Of a DNA stretch of 64,000 nt, positions 37,710 through 46,419 are shown in pieces. Each line of letters starts with the position of its first letter. Positions within the stretch are counted from its first letter, which is position 1. The stretch lies in NCBI GenBank assembly GCA_050733075.1, contig JBOHSD010000013.1, forward strand, positions 4,443-68,442. The letters run 5' to 3'. The stretch is from Gemmatimonadales bacterium. GTDB taxonomy: Bacteria; Gemmatimonadota; Gemmatimonadetes; Gemmatimonadales; GWC2-71-9. Position numbers and translations under genes: made by a program. Under the pieces are notes generated by a model. It ran no database searches. It was given only the letters and a program-made list of their open reading frames with translations, and was not told the origin of the DNA.

Positions 37710-37729
37710 AAGTTATCCTAAAGTTATTC
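37710..37729. repeat. 20-nt AT-rich direct repeat, right copy
   Basis: Exact match to 33290-33309. Confidence 0.9.
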
Positions 37730-37872
37730 TTGGGTGCCAAAATTAGGCGATTTCAGTGGAGTCGAACAAAATCGTACGCACTCGTCACTCGCGACGTAAG
37801 CTGTTGCTCTAAAATGAACTGTGTGAGGATTACAACGACTTACAGTTTCGGCTGGAAAGCAGCGAGGAGTAG

Positions 37873-37910
37873 TTAACAGTCACCTGCTCTACCAGCTGAG
37901 CTACTCGGGA
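37873..37910 (-). repeat. Orphan copy of tRNA-Asn nucleotides 1-38 (5' half through the anticodon loop)
   Basis: Exact 38-nt identity with 33198-33235. No matching 3' half is adjacent. Confidence 0.9.
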
Positions 37911-38299
37911 TTGTCGGCGGGTGAGCGCCTGCTTTGCGCCCTGCCGGCAGGGCAAAAACTAGCGGCGCGAGCCAGGTTAGGCAACGAGAACCCGCGAGTC
38001 ATCATCCCACCTTCATCACCCCTCCCTGCTAGAGAATCGGCCTGTCCAATTTGAGTGCCTCAGCGACGAAAGCTGCATACGACGTGAGGCGCAGCACAGC
38101 CAAGCCCCGCCAACCGAGGTATCTTGGCGGCGCCGTTGGTGCAGTCTGATCCCGGTTCAGCCCCTGAAAGTGCCACTGAGCAGCCGCTCGCAGACCTGAG
38201 GACTATGTGAGTAGTCACTCTTGCAAAGTGTCAAGAAAGGCACCCTGTTTGTTGACACCTCGTCCCTCCAGTTTGCACCTAAGTCATTGTTGAGAAAAA

Positions 38300-38308
38300 T
38301 GTTACAAT
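38300..38308 (+). promoter_or_regulatory. Extended -10-like element TGTTACAAT upstream of holB
   Basis: Sits in an AT-rich stretch 44 nt before the ATG at 38352. No good -35 element. Confidence 0.25.
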
Positions 38309-38351
38309 ATCCATACTACCGCTTTTCCGCCCACTGCGTAGCTTCGGTTCG

Positions 38352-39443
38352 ATGCCTTTACCCCCGCTGATCGGGCACCAGGCAACCCGGGAACGCCTGG
38401 CCCGGGCTGTGCGGGGTGGCAGGCTGCCCCAAGTCCTGCTGCTCAGCGGACCGGCAGGGGTAGGCAAGCAGCGGCTGGCGCTGTGGCTAGCTCAACTGCT
38501 CTCGTGCGAGCAGCGGGCCGCAGAGCCTTGTGAACGGTGCCGGGCCTGCCGCCTGGTGGCTGGTCTCTCTCATTCCGACGTGCATTGGTTTGTCCCGATC
38601 CCCAGGCCCAAGGCCTCCGATCCGGACAAACAGGTAGAAGAAGCGGCCCTGGCCATCGCCCAGGTGCTGGAGGAGCGGCGAACCGTGCCTCTGTACCAGC
38701 CGGCCGACGGCATGGCCGCGCACAGCCTGGCCAGCGTGCGGCTGATCCAGCGCCACGCGGCGCTCACGTCGGTGGAGGGTGGTCCGCGGGTCTTCATCCT
38801 GGGCGAGGCCGACCGGCTCATCGCCCAGGAGTCGAGCCAGGAAGCGGCCAACGCGCTGCTCAAGCTCCTGGAAGAGCCGCCGCCGGGCAGTCTGTTCGTG
38901 CTGACGACGGTGGAGGCTCGGCGGCTGCTGCCCACCATGCGCTCCCGGGCAGTGCCACTCCGCCTGGGCCGCTTGAGCGACGCCGAGGTGACTGGGTTCC
39001 TGAAGGCGCAGTTGCAGCCCGCGCTTTCGGCCAGAGAGCTGGAGCACCGGGTGGCCCTGGCCGAAGGATCCATCGGTTGCGCCATCGCAGCCGGAGACGA
39101 TTCCGGCAAGGCGCTGCAAGCGGCGCAGCAGTGGCTGGAGGCAGTGCTGGCCGGGTCGGGTCCCTCGCTCGAGCGCGCGCTGCGCCAGCCGCCCTGGTCG
39201 GCCCGCGGCGAGTTTACCGCCATGCTCGACGCAGTCGCCGAGACCCTGGGCGAAGCGGCAAGAGGAACGCTGGGGCAGCCGGTGCGCCGGCCGGTTCCGC
39301 CGGCACTGCTGCGCTACCGGCATCCCGATCCGCTGCTCAAGGCCATGGAACACGTGGCCGACGCACGCGAGGCGGCATGGGGAAACGTGAACCCCCAGAT
39401 CCTGCTGGCCGTTCTAGGCGAGGAGCTGGCGGAGGTCCTGTGA
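38352..39443 (+). CDS. holB: DNA polymerase III subunit delta'
   Basis: Track ORF. GRLPQVLLLSGPAGVGKQRLALWLAQ (AAA+ clamp-loader P-loop-like), Cys cluster CERCRAC, RVFILGEADRL. Confidence 0.8.
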   Translation: MPLPPLIGHQATRERLARAVRGGRLPQVLLLSGPAGVGKQRLALWLAQLLSCEQRAAEPCERCRACRLVAGLSHSDVHWFVPIPRPKASDPDKQVEEAALAIAQVLEERRTVPLYQPADGMAAHSLASVRLIQRHAALTSVEGGPRVFILGEADRLIAQESSQEAANALLKLLEEPPPGSLFVLTTVEARRLLPTMRSRAVPLRLGRLSDAEVTGFLKAQLQPALSARELEHRVALAEGSIGCAIAAGDDSGKALQAAQQWLEAVLAGSGPSLERALRQPPWSARGEFTAMLDAVAETLGEAARGTLGQPVRRPVPPALLRYRHPDPLLKAMEHVADAREAAWGNVNPQILLAVLGEELAEVL

Positions 39444-39919
39444 AGCTGACGCATCTCGACGAGCGGGGCCGGGCCCGCATGGTAGACGTGGGCGGCAAGC
39501 CCGAGTCCGAGCGAGCCGCCGAGGCCGAAGGGGTGGTGCGCATGTCCCGGCAGGCGTTCGACCTGGTGGCAGCTCAGGCAATCACTAAGGGAGACGTGCT
39601 CGCCGTCGCCGAAGTCGCGGGCACGATGGGCGCCAAACGGACCGGCGACCTGATCCCGCTGTGTCACCCCATCGGCCTGGACACCGTCCAGGTGGAAGCC
39701 CGGCTGGAGCCTGAGCTCCCGGGCGTGAGAGTAACTGCCGTGGCTAAGGCCACCGGGCGCACCGGCGTCGAGATGGAAGCGCTCACCGCCGTCGCGGTGG
39801 GGTGTCTCACGGTGTACGACATGGTCAAGGCGGCCGACCGGGCCATGACTATCGAAGAGGTGCGGCTGGTGAGCAAGACCGGGGGAACCCGGGGAGATTG
39901 GCGCCGGACCGAGTCGTAG
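39440..39919 (+). CDS. moaC: Cyclic pyranopterin monophosphate synthase MoaC
   Basis: 3' part of track ORF 38537..39919. GTG at 39440 overlaps the holB stop. LTHLDERGRARMVDV, KGDVLAVAEVAG, LIPLCHP and MEALTAV motifs. Confidence 0.9.
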   Translation: MKLTHLDERGRARMVDVGGKPESERAAEAEGVVRMSRQAFDLVAAQAITKGDVLAVAEVAGTMGAKRTGDLIPLCHPIGLDTVQVEARLEPELPGVRVTAVAKATGRTGVEMEALTAVAVGCLTVYDMVKAADRAMTIEEVRLVSKTGGTRGDWRRTES

Positions 39920-39956
39920 AGGCGGAACGGCTTCTCATAAAGAAAGGGGTTGGCGC

Positions 39957-40658
39957 GTGGCCAGACCAATCGATTACGGGGAACCGAAGCCAGTCACGGC
40001 GGAGCGGATCCTGCTGCGGGGCGGGGTGCTGTTGGCCACCGCCATCGGCATCGGAGCGCTGGGCGGCTGGAACAAGCTCGTCCGCGCGACCGACGACTCG
40101 GCCACCCCCGACATCAGCGCGGTCGCACGCCAGATGGGAAGCCTGGGCGAGCAGCTCGAGGCGGCCCGGGGTGAGAACGTGGTCATCAAGCTTCAGCTCG
40201 AGCGGGCCAACGCCATCATCGCCAACTCGAGCCGCTACCGGATTCCCGCCGATCTGTCGGCGGCCATCTACGATATCGCCCTGAGCGAGGGGATCGATCC
40301 CTCGCTCGGCTACCAATTGGTCAAGATAGAGAGCGGCTTCAAGGCCGACGCTCGAAGCCGGATGGAGGCGTACGGCTACACCCAGCTCCAGGTGCCTACG
40401 GCCCGATTCTACCAGCCGGGCATCACTCAGCGCGACCTGTACCACCGGGACACCAACCTGCGCATCGGGTTCCGGTTCCTGAACGACCTGCTGAAGCGGT
40501 TCAACTATGACGTGCACCTGGCGCTGCTGGCCTACAACCGCGGCCCGGCCCGGGTGAACCAGATTCTGGCCAAGGGCGGTAACCCCGCCAACGGCTACTC
40601 CGACGCGGTGCTCAAGGGCTTCCAGCCCATCAGCACCACCGAGTCTCTGGTGCGCTAG
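39957..40658 (+). CDS. Membrane-anchored lytic transglycosylase (SLT domain)
   Basis: Track ORF. N-terminal TM. Catalytic region LVKIESGFKADA...GYTQL...LLAYNRGPARV. Confidence 0.75.
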   Translation: MARPIDYGEPKPVTAERILLRGGVLLATAIGIGALGGWNKLVRATDDSATPDISAVARQMGSLGEQLEAARGENVVIKLQLERANAIIANSSRYRIPADLSAAIYDIALSEGIDPSLGYQLVKIESGFKADARSRMEAYGYTQLQVPTARFYQPGITQRDLYHRDTNLRIGFRFLNDLLKRFNYDVHLALLAYNRGPARVNQILAKGGNPANGYSDAVLKGFQPISTTESLVR

Positions 40659-42349
40659 CCGGGAATTCTGAGGGCAATGCCTGCCCTCAGGATTTCGCGC
40701 TCCGTCATTCCGTTCGCTGTTCTGAGGGCCTGGACCGAGACGCCGTAGCGTTTCGCCAGGCCCGTCAGCGTTTCACCCCTGCGCACGATGTGAGTCCTTC
40801 CGCTCGGGGCGTCCGGCGAAGAGACCCGGATGCGCTGCCCGGCCCGAATCCGTCCCCGCCGGTCCAGGCCGTTCCAGGTTAGCAGCTCCCGCTGGGTCAC
40901 ACCGTACTCGTCGGCCAGCTCGGAGATGGTCTCACCCCGCCGCACCCGATGGTACGCGCCGGTGCTCGTCCCCGCCGCAACCACCGGCTCGGCCATCCGC
41001 CGTGCCACCCTGGTGGAGGGCACGCCACCGGTAGGCACCACGATACGCTGGCCGATGCGAAGCAGGCGGCTCTTGACCTTCGGGTTGGCCGCGAACAGCA
41101 CCGACTGGCTCACCCGGTACCGCAACGCTATGCCGCTCAGCGTCTCGCCGCGAGCCACGAAGTGTTCGATGAAAGTCACCCGCTGTCTCGGCGGCAGCTC
41201 GGCGTAGGCGGCCACGGTCACGGGACCGAGTCCCGCCGGCAGGCGCAGGATCGAGCGGGCACCAGGTGGCGTGGCCAGGCGGAGGTACTGGGGGTTCAGC
41301 TCCCGGATCGCGGCGACGGTGGTATCGGCCAGGCGGGCGATCACGTCGAGACCGGTCATGTCGGGCACGACGAGGGAATCGTAGGCGGCCGGTTCGGCCG
41401 TACCGGGATTGAACCCGTAGCGCTGCGGTTCCTTGGCGATGAGCGCGGCGGCGATCAGCTTGGGGACGTAGTCCTTGGTCTCACGCCGAAGCAGCTTGGT
41501 ATCGTAGAGCCGGAAAAAGGTGGCATCGGAGCCGGGCGAGTTGTCGTCGGGCAGGCGTCTCAGCCCGCGCGAAACCTTTCCCGATCCCGCGTTGTAGGCC
41601 GCGGCTGCCAGATACAACGAGCCGAACCTCCGGTTGAGGTCGCGGAGATGGCGTACCGCCGCGTCGGTCGCCCGATACGGATCGCGCCGCTCGTCGACCC
41701 AGGAGTCCACCCGCAAACCGTATCCTTTGGCCGTCGCTTTCATGAACTGCCACATCCCCACGGCCTTAGCACGGCTGGTGGCGGTGTTGGAGAAGCCGCT
41801 CTCGATCAGCGCGAGGTACACCAGGTCGCCCGGCAGGCTCTCCCGCTGGAGCCGCTCGCGAATCATGCCCTCGTATTTCGGCATGCGGGTAAGCCAGATC
41901 TCCATCCGCTCCCGGCCTCTTCCCTGGAAGAAGTCGAGGTAGTACTGCACCCGCGCATGGTCGTTGAACGTCTCCACATCGATGTCCCAGGTGACCGCAT
42001 CGGCCAGCTCCTCCGCCGCGGTCCCTTCCACCCCATCCTTCCCCGCTTCACCGGCATTCTCCCCCGGATGAGCCGCGGCCAGCTCCTCCAGAACCGCTTC
42101 GTCGGCCGCGGAATCGGCCGCCACCCGTAGCTCGTCGGCGGTATCCGCGGCGAGCAGCGCCGAGTCTACCACCGGAGCCTGGGTGAGGTCGTTGGGCTCC
42201 TGCGCGGTTTCCAGCATTGAGCCGGGGAGCGGACCGGAAACACCGGTGAGAGGGGAGCCACTTGCCACCGGCGATAACAGCGGTGCGGAATTCCGCCCTC
42301 CACACCCCAGGACGAGAGCCAGAACGAGAAGCACGGCGCCACGAGACAT
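40655..42349 (-). CDS. MltD-like lytic transglycosylase with C-terminal LysM repeats
   Basis: Track ORF 40655..42493. The ATG at 42349 gives lipoprotein signal MSRGAVLLVLALVLGC. LALIESGFS...GMWQF...AAYNAG. Three LysM-like units (H.V..GETL..IA..Y). Confidence 0.85.
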   Translation of the reverse strand: MSRGAVLLVLALVLGCGGRNSAPLLSPVASGSPLTGVSGPLPGSMLETAQEPNDLTQAPVVDSALLAADTADELRVAADSAADEAVLEELAAAHPGENAGEAGKDGVEGTAAEELADAVTWDIDVETFNDHARVQYYLDFFQGRGRERMEIWLTRMPKYEGMIRERLQRESLPGDLVYLALIESGFSNTATSRAKAVGMWQFMKATAKGYGLRVDSWVDERRDPYRATDAAVRHLRDLNRRFGSLYLAAAAYNAGSGKVSRGLRRLPDDNSPGSDATFFRLYDTKLLRRETKDYVPKLIAAALIAKEPQRYGFNPGTAEPAAYDSLVVPDMTGLDVIARLADTTVAAIRELNPQYLRLATPPGARSILRLPAGLGPVTVAAYAELPPRQRVTFIEHFVARGETLSGIALRYRVSQSVLFAANPKVKSRLLRIGQRIVVPTGGVPSTRVARRMAEPVVAAGTSTGAYHRVRRGETISELADEYGVTQRELLTWNGLDRRGRIRAGQRIRVSSPDAPSGRTHIVRRGETLTGLAKRYGVSVQALRTANGMTEREILRAGIALRIPG

Positions 42350-42528
42350 AAAAGGCCTCCCAGGGTGCGTGACATGAAACTCGACGCGCACCTTCGGAAA
42401 GATTTCGGGGTGGCGGGTTGGAGCCACCCGATGACGTGCAATCCGCGGGACCAGAGGCGAACTGAGACAAGCGGCCCGGTCGCCGGGGTGCATCTGATTG
42501 CGCGGCTACGGATGACGGCGTTTCGGCT

Positions 42529-42948
42529 TCAGCGCATGAAAAGACGATTGCCGAGTATTCGGTTGGTCGCGTTCAGCACGGCCAGGGCCGCGCCGCGGGG
42601 AGTATCGGTCTCCGTGAGATAGGATCCGACCACCCGATGCCCGCTCCCATCGCCGTGTACAGCCAGGGAGACGATCACCACCGTGGCATCGAACGCCCTG
42701 ACCGCCTTAACGCCCAGCAGCTCGAAGCTCAGCCCGCCCTCCACTGCCTGCCCCAGCGCGATGACGCACGCCTGCGCCGAGCAGCGGAGCTCCCCGGCCT
42801 GCGAAGCCAGACCTTCGCCTTCACCGGTGAACTGCTCGGAGGCTCGCCAGGTCAGACCGACTCGCGCCCTGCAGCGTCCATTGGGCAACCGGTCCAGCGT
42901 GAATTCCGCAAAACGGAGCCGCTCCGGGAGTGGGTCTGGTGATGACAA
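42529..42948 (-). CDS. Hypothetical protein
   Basis: Track ORF. Plausible composition. No motif recognised. Confidence 0.45.
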   Translation of the reverse strand: MSSPDPLPERLRFAEFTLDRLPNGRCRARVGLTWRASEQFTGEGEGLASQAGELRCSAQACVIALGQAVEGGLSFELLGVKAVRAFDATVVIVSLAVHGDGSGHRVVGSYLTETDTPRGAALAVLNATNRILGNRLFMR

Positions 42949-43018
42949 TGGCCGTCCTTGAGCAGGCTCGGAATTCAGGGGAAAAAACCGCGGGTAAGCA
43001 GGGCAAAGCCCATGCCAA

Positions 43019-43258
43019 TCAGCCGAGTTGCTGCACCAGAAGTGCTACCAGATCTTCGTTCGAAACCCGGTCTGCCTGAGCGAACAGAGCGGCCTTGGAT
43101 GAGGATGAAAGGGGATAGGTTACCCACACGGAGCGCTGGCCCGGATCAACGGCGCGGAAGGAGAACACGAGATTCCAGTTCGGCGAATTGGGCCGGCGCT
43201 CGGCCGCCATGGAGACGTTCCAGCGCCGGTCGGCATGCTCGAGGACTCTCCAGGCCAC
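43019..43258 (-). CDS. Small hypothetical protein
   Basis: Track ORF, 79 aa. Non-repetitive composition. No motif recognised. Confidence 0.35.
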   Translation of the reverse strand: MAWRVLEHADRRWNVSMAAERRPNSPNWNLVFSFRAVDPGQRSVWVTYPLSSSSKAALFAQADRVSNEDLVALLVQQLG

Positions 43259-43315
43259 CAGGGAGACTCCAGGGTGGAAGACGAAAGGTCGGCCAATATG
43301 ATCGGGAGCGGGGAA

Positions 43316-43909
43316 TCAGGTCAAGAGTCCTTCGGCACGCGCGTCCTCCGCTGTGCCGATGCAGCGCAGTGCGGCAAGCTCGTGCCACGTCGCACTGATG
43401 CGGGCGAGCCGGGCACGGGTCTCGGCGAGTATTCGGTTGGTGGCCCACGGCATGGCGGTGAAGATGTCGGGAAGCGGCGTCCGTCCGCCCACTAGATAGT
43501 AGCCGCCGTTGTACGAAGGACCGATGACGAGCCCGGCACGCTCGAGACTGGTGCACGCCTGCCGCACCACGGCGGCGGTGACAGCCGGACAATCGGAGCA
43601 AACCGCGATCCAGGGATATCCTCGCGGAACGGTGCCGGCCGCAGCCATGAGTCGGGCACCGGTATCGCCGGAGACCTGGGGCCGCAGCTCCCACGATTCA
43701 CCCAGCCAGAATTCCATCTCGGCCCGAGCGTCGGACGGAGTGAACCAGACGATCGCATCCAGTCCTGCGCCACGCACGGCAGCGAGCACCCGGGCCACCA
43801 TGACCCGATACAACCGGAGTGCATGGCGGTCGCCGATCTCGGAGGCGAGCCTGGTCTTGACCATGCCCGCCCGCGGGGCTTTGAGCAGGAGCGCAACCGG
43901 AGGAATCAC
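43316..43909 (-). CDS. DUF2064-family nucleotidyl/glycosyl-transferase-like protein (TIGR04282-like)
   Basis: Track ORF. The N-terminus LLKAPRAGMVKTRLA is the DUF2064 hallmark as I recall it. Confidence 0.65.
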   Translation of the reverse strand: MIPPVALLLKAPRAGMVKTRLASEIGDRHALRLYRVMVARVLAAVRGAGLDAIVWFTPSDARAEMEFWLGESWELRPQVSGDTGARLMAAAGTVPRGYPWIAVCSDCPAVTAAVVRQACTSLERAGLVIGPSYNGGYYLVGGRTPLPDIFTAMPWATNRILAETRARLARISATWHELAALRCIGTAEDARAEGLLT

Positions 43910-43958
43910 CGGAGTAAATGCAGCACCGGCGGATCAGCCCGACGGCGATGGAACGTGG

Positions 43959-44864
43959 TCAGCTCCGCACGAGCGCCTGGAAGCGGGCGCGAAGATCTCG
44001 GGTGACGGGGCCCGACTTGCCGGTCCCGATCACGCGACCATCCAACTGCCGGATCCCCACGATCTCACTCGCAGTGCCGGTGAAGAAGGCCTCGTCCGCG
44101 GTGTAGAGATCGTAACGGTTGAGAATCGTCTGCTCCACCTGGTATCCCGCCTCGATGGCGAGCTCGATCACCGCGTCACGGGTGACGCCCTTCAGGATGC
44201 CGGCGTAGGCCGGTGGAGTGCGCAGTTGCCGGTTCTTCACCACGAACACGTTCTGCCCCGACCCTTCGGCCACCTGACCCACGCTGTCGAGCATGAGCAC
44301 CTCGTCGGCGCCCGCATGGATTCCTTCGAGCTTGGCCATGATGTGGGCCAGGTAGTTGAGCGACTTGACCCGGGGCGACAGCGACTCGCGATGGGGCGTG
44401 GGCGTCCCCGCCGTGATCACGTTGAGCCCCGCTTCGTAGACCTGTTCCGGCCACAGCTTGATCGTGTCCACGATGATGATCACCGAAGCCCGGGGACACT
44501 TCCGCGGATCGAGACCCAGGTCGCCGGGGCCCCGGGTGACCAGATGCCGGATGTAGGCTTCCGTCATGCCGGATCGGCGAACCGCCTCTCGGGTGATTGT
44601 GGCCAGCTCGTCCTTTGGCATCGGTATGGTGAGCCAGATGGCCTTGGCCGAGTCGTAGAGCCGATCCAGGTGCTCGTCCAGGCGGAAGATCTTGCCGCCG
44701 TATACCCTGATTCCCTCGAACACGCCGTCACCGTAAAGCAGGCCATGATCGTAGACCGACACGGTGGCGCTGGCGCGGTCGCACCATTCACCATCGAGCC
44801 AGATCGTCGGCACACCTACTCCAGAGCCCGAAGGGCTCGCGGATGGTTTGGCGCTGACTGTCAT
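43959..44864 (-). CDS. ilvE: Branched-chain amino acid aminotransferase (class IV)
   Basis: Track ORF. VYDHGLLYGDGVFEGIR, KSLNYL and GITR-like motifs. Confidence 0.9.
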   Translation of the reverse strand: MTVSAKPSASPSGSGVGVPTIWLDGEWCDRASATVSVYDHGLLYGDGVFEGIRVYGGKIFRLDEHLDRLYDSAKAIWLTIPMPKDELATITREAVRRSGMTEAYIRHLVTRGPGDLGLDPRKCPRASVIIIVDTIKLWPEQVYEAGLNVITAGTPTPHRESLSPRVKSLNYLAHIMAKLEGIHAGADEVLMLDSVGQVAEGSGQNVFVVKNRQLRTPPAYAGILKGVTRDAVIELAIEAGYQVEQTILNRYDLYTADEAFFTGTASEIVGIRQLDGRVIGTGKSGPVTRDLRARFQALVRS

Positions 44865-44883
44865 GTTCCGAATGTAAGGAGTC

Positions 44884-44939
44884 GTTGGGTGGTTGGGTAT
44901 TGGCTATTGGCCGTTGGCTATTGGCTATTGGCTATTGGC
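44884..44939. repeat. Heptamer microsatellite array 3: degenerate lead-in + (TATTGGC)x6, one CGTTGGC variant
   Basis: Read directly. Same orientation as array 1. Lies between the aquaporin 3' end and the ilvE start. Confidence 0.95.
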
Positions 44940-45595
44940 TGCGAACGGAGCAGCTCGTAGACCCTGGCTGCCGTCATCATCCCGGTCACTGGAGCCAGCC
45001 AGTAAACCCAGTGGGCTCCCCAGAGCACTCCCACCGCTGCCGGGCCCAAAGAACGGGCCGGGTTCATGCTTGCCCCGGTCATCGGGCCTCCCACCAGCGC
45101 GCAGAAGCCGACGGTCAGCCCCACGGCCACGGGAGCCAGGCCGCCCGCCGCGCGTTCGTCGGTCGCGACGGCCATGATAACGAACATGAGCGCGAACGAC
45201 AGCAGCCACTCGACGGCAAAGGCGGACGCCAGTGGAACCCGGGGTAGGGTCGCACCCATCTGGCCCACCGGGCCCAGCGTGGCCCGCAGCACGAGCGAGG
45301 CAGCCACCGCGCCGCCGCACTGGGCCAGAATGTAGGGTATGACCTCGCCCGGAGGGAACCGACGCACCGACCAGAAGCCGATGGTTACCGCCGGGTTGAT
45401 ATGCGCTCCCGAGAAACGTCCTACCGCAAAGACCATGGCCAGCACGACGAACCCGAAGGCGAGAGCGATTCCGACCGGGCCCAGCAGGCCGCCGCTGAGG
45501 GCATCCACCATCACCGCGCCCGGTCCTATAAACACCAGAAAGAAGGTGCCCAACGCTTCGGCGGCGGCTCTCCGGCCGTTGACGGCCACCCTCAC
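44918..45595 (-). CDS. MIP-family channel (aquaporin/aquaglyceroporin)
   Basis: Track ORF. Two NPA boxes (HINPAVT, SMNPARS). The last codons (PIANSQ) are encoded by heptamer array 3. Confidence 0.85.
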   Translation of the reverse strand: MRVAVNGRRAAAEALGTFFLVFIGPGAVMVDALSGGLLGPVGIALAFGFVVLAMVFAVGRFSGAHINPAVTIGFWSVRRFPPGEVIPYILAQCGGAVAASLVLRATLGPVGQMGATLPRVPLASAFAVEWLLSFALMFVIMAVATDERAAGGLAPVAVGLTVGFCALVGGPMTGASMNPARSLGPAAVGVLWGAHWVYWLAPVTGMMTAARVYELLRSQPIANSQ

Positions 45596-46371
45596 CGGGA
45601 GGGTTGCTTGGCCGCAGCGACAGTCTGCAGCCCGCCGGTCCGGAGGTATTCGGCGAAGTCGTCCGGCAGGTCGCTCTCCCGGATGCCGCGGACGGCCCGC
45701 TCGATATCGTACTCCAGCCGGACGAATTCAACGGCAACGGGACCGTCGCCGACATCGAGCAGGACGTAGCCGGCGCGCCAGTCGCCATCCTTAGGACGTC
45801 CCACGCTTCCGGTATTGACGAAGTGGATACCGCCCACCTCGCGATGCCACGGCAGGTGGGTATGGCCGAAGGCGATGACGTCTCCCCGCTTCGCTCCGGC
45901 ATGGCCGGCCATCTTGAGGCAGAAATCGTCGGCCCGGTCTTCGGTCCAGTAGACGGTGTTGAGTATGGGTGTGCCGTGGACCAGAATTACCCGCGGCCCG
46001 GCGGTGTGACCGCCGCCCGGCAGCAGGTCGAGCCGGAATGGAAGTCCGGCCAGAAACTCCTTCGTGGTACTGGAGACCTGCCGGCGGGTCCACTGGTAGC
46101 TGACGTGGGAAAGCTCTTCCTGGCGAGGATCCTCATAACGGCAGCCGCAGTGCTTGTAATCGGTGCCTACCGTGGAATCGTAGTTCCCGGCTACACCGAA
46201 GACTCGGAAGCCCCTTATGAGCGCGACGGCCTCATTCGGCCAGGGCGCATAACCCACCAGGTCGCCCAGATGATAGGTGGCGGCCACGCCGCGCTGGCGT
46301 CCCACGTCTTCCAGTACGGCCTCCAGCGCAGGAAGGTTGGCATGAACGTCAGAGATCAGGGCATATCTCAC
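45592..46371 (-). CDS. Metallophosphoesterase (YfcE/MJ0936-like)
   Basis: Track ORF. ISDVHAN, GDLVGY, GNYD and GHTH motifs. Confidence 0.8.
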   Translation of the reverse strand: MRYALISDVHANLPALEAVLEDVGRQRGVAATYHLGDLVGYAPWPNEAVALIRGFRVFGVAGNYDSTVGTDYKHCGCRYEDPRQEELSHVSYQWTRRQVSSTTKEFLAGLPFRLDLLPGGGHTAGPRVILVHGTPILNTVYWTEDRADDFCLKMAGHAGAKRGDVIAFGHTHLPWHREVGGIHFVNTGSVGRPKDGDWRAGYVLLDVGDGPVAVEFVRLEYDIERAVRGIRESDLPDDFAEYLRTGGLQTVAAAKQPSR

Positions 46372-46419
46372 GCGCTGCCTCCTCTCAAGCTCTTCCGCAT
46401 TACCACCGGGACGCGGGCA

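Larger units (their letters stand above)
33236..37872. mobile_element. Putative integrated islet bounded by 38-nt direct repeats of the tRNA-Asn 5' half (no integrase present)
   Basis: Exact 38-nt direct repeat at 33198-33235 and 37873-37910. Nested exact 20-nt repeat at 33290-33309 and 37710-37729. AT-richer non-coding flanks. Three co-directional cargo genes. Confidence 0.45.

Noticed and set aside
37750-37780. GGAGTCGAAC motif resembling the reverse complement of a tRNA T-arm (possible decayed second tRNA)
   Set aside because: The flanking bases do not form a T-stem (2 of 5 pairs), and no acceptor or anticodon arm can be folded around it.
37938-37953. Palindrome GCCCTGCCGGCAGGGC as the terminator or original promoter region of the displaced tRNA half
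   Set aside because: The T-run precedes the hairpin on the minus strand and an A-run follows it on the plus strand. That is the wrong polarity for an intrinsic terminator on either strand. No -35/-10 pair is evident next to the orphan tRNA half.
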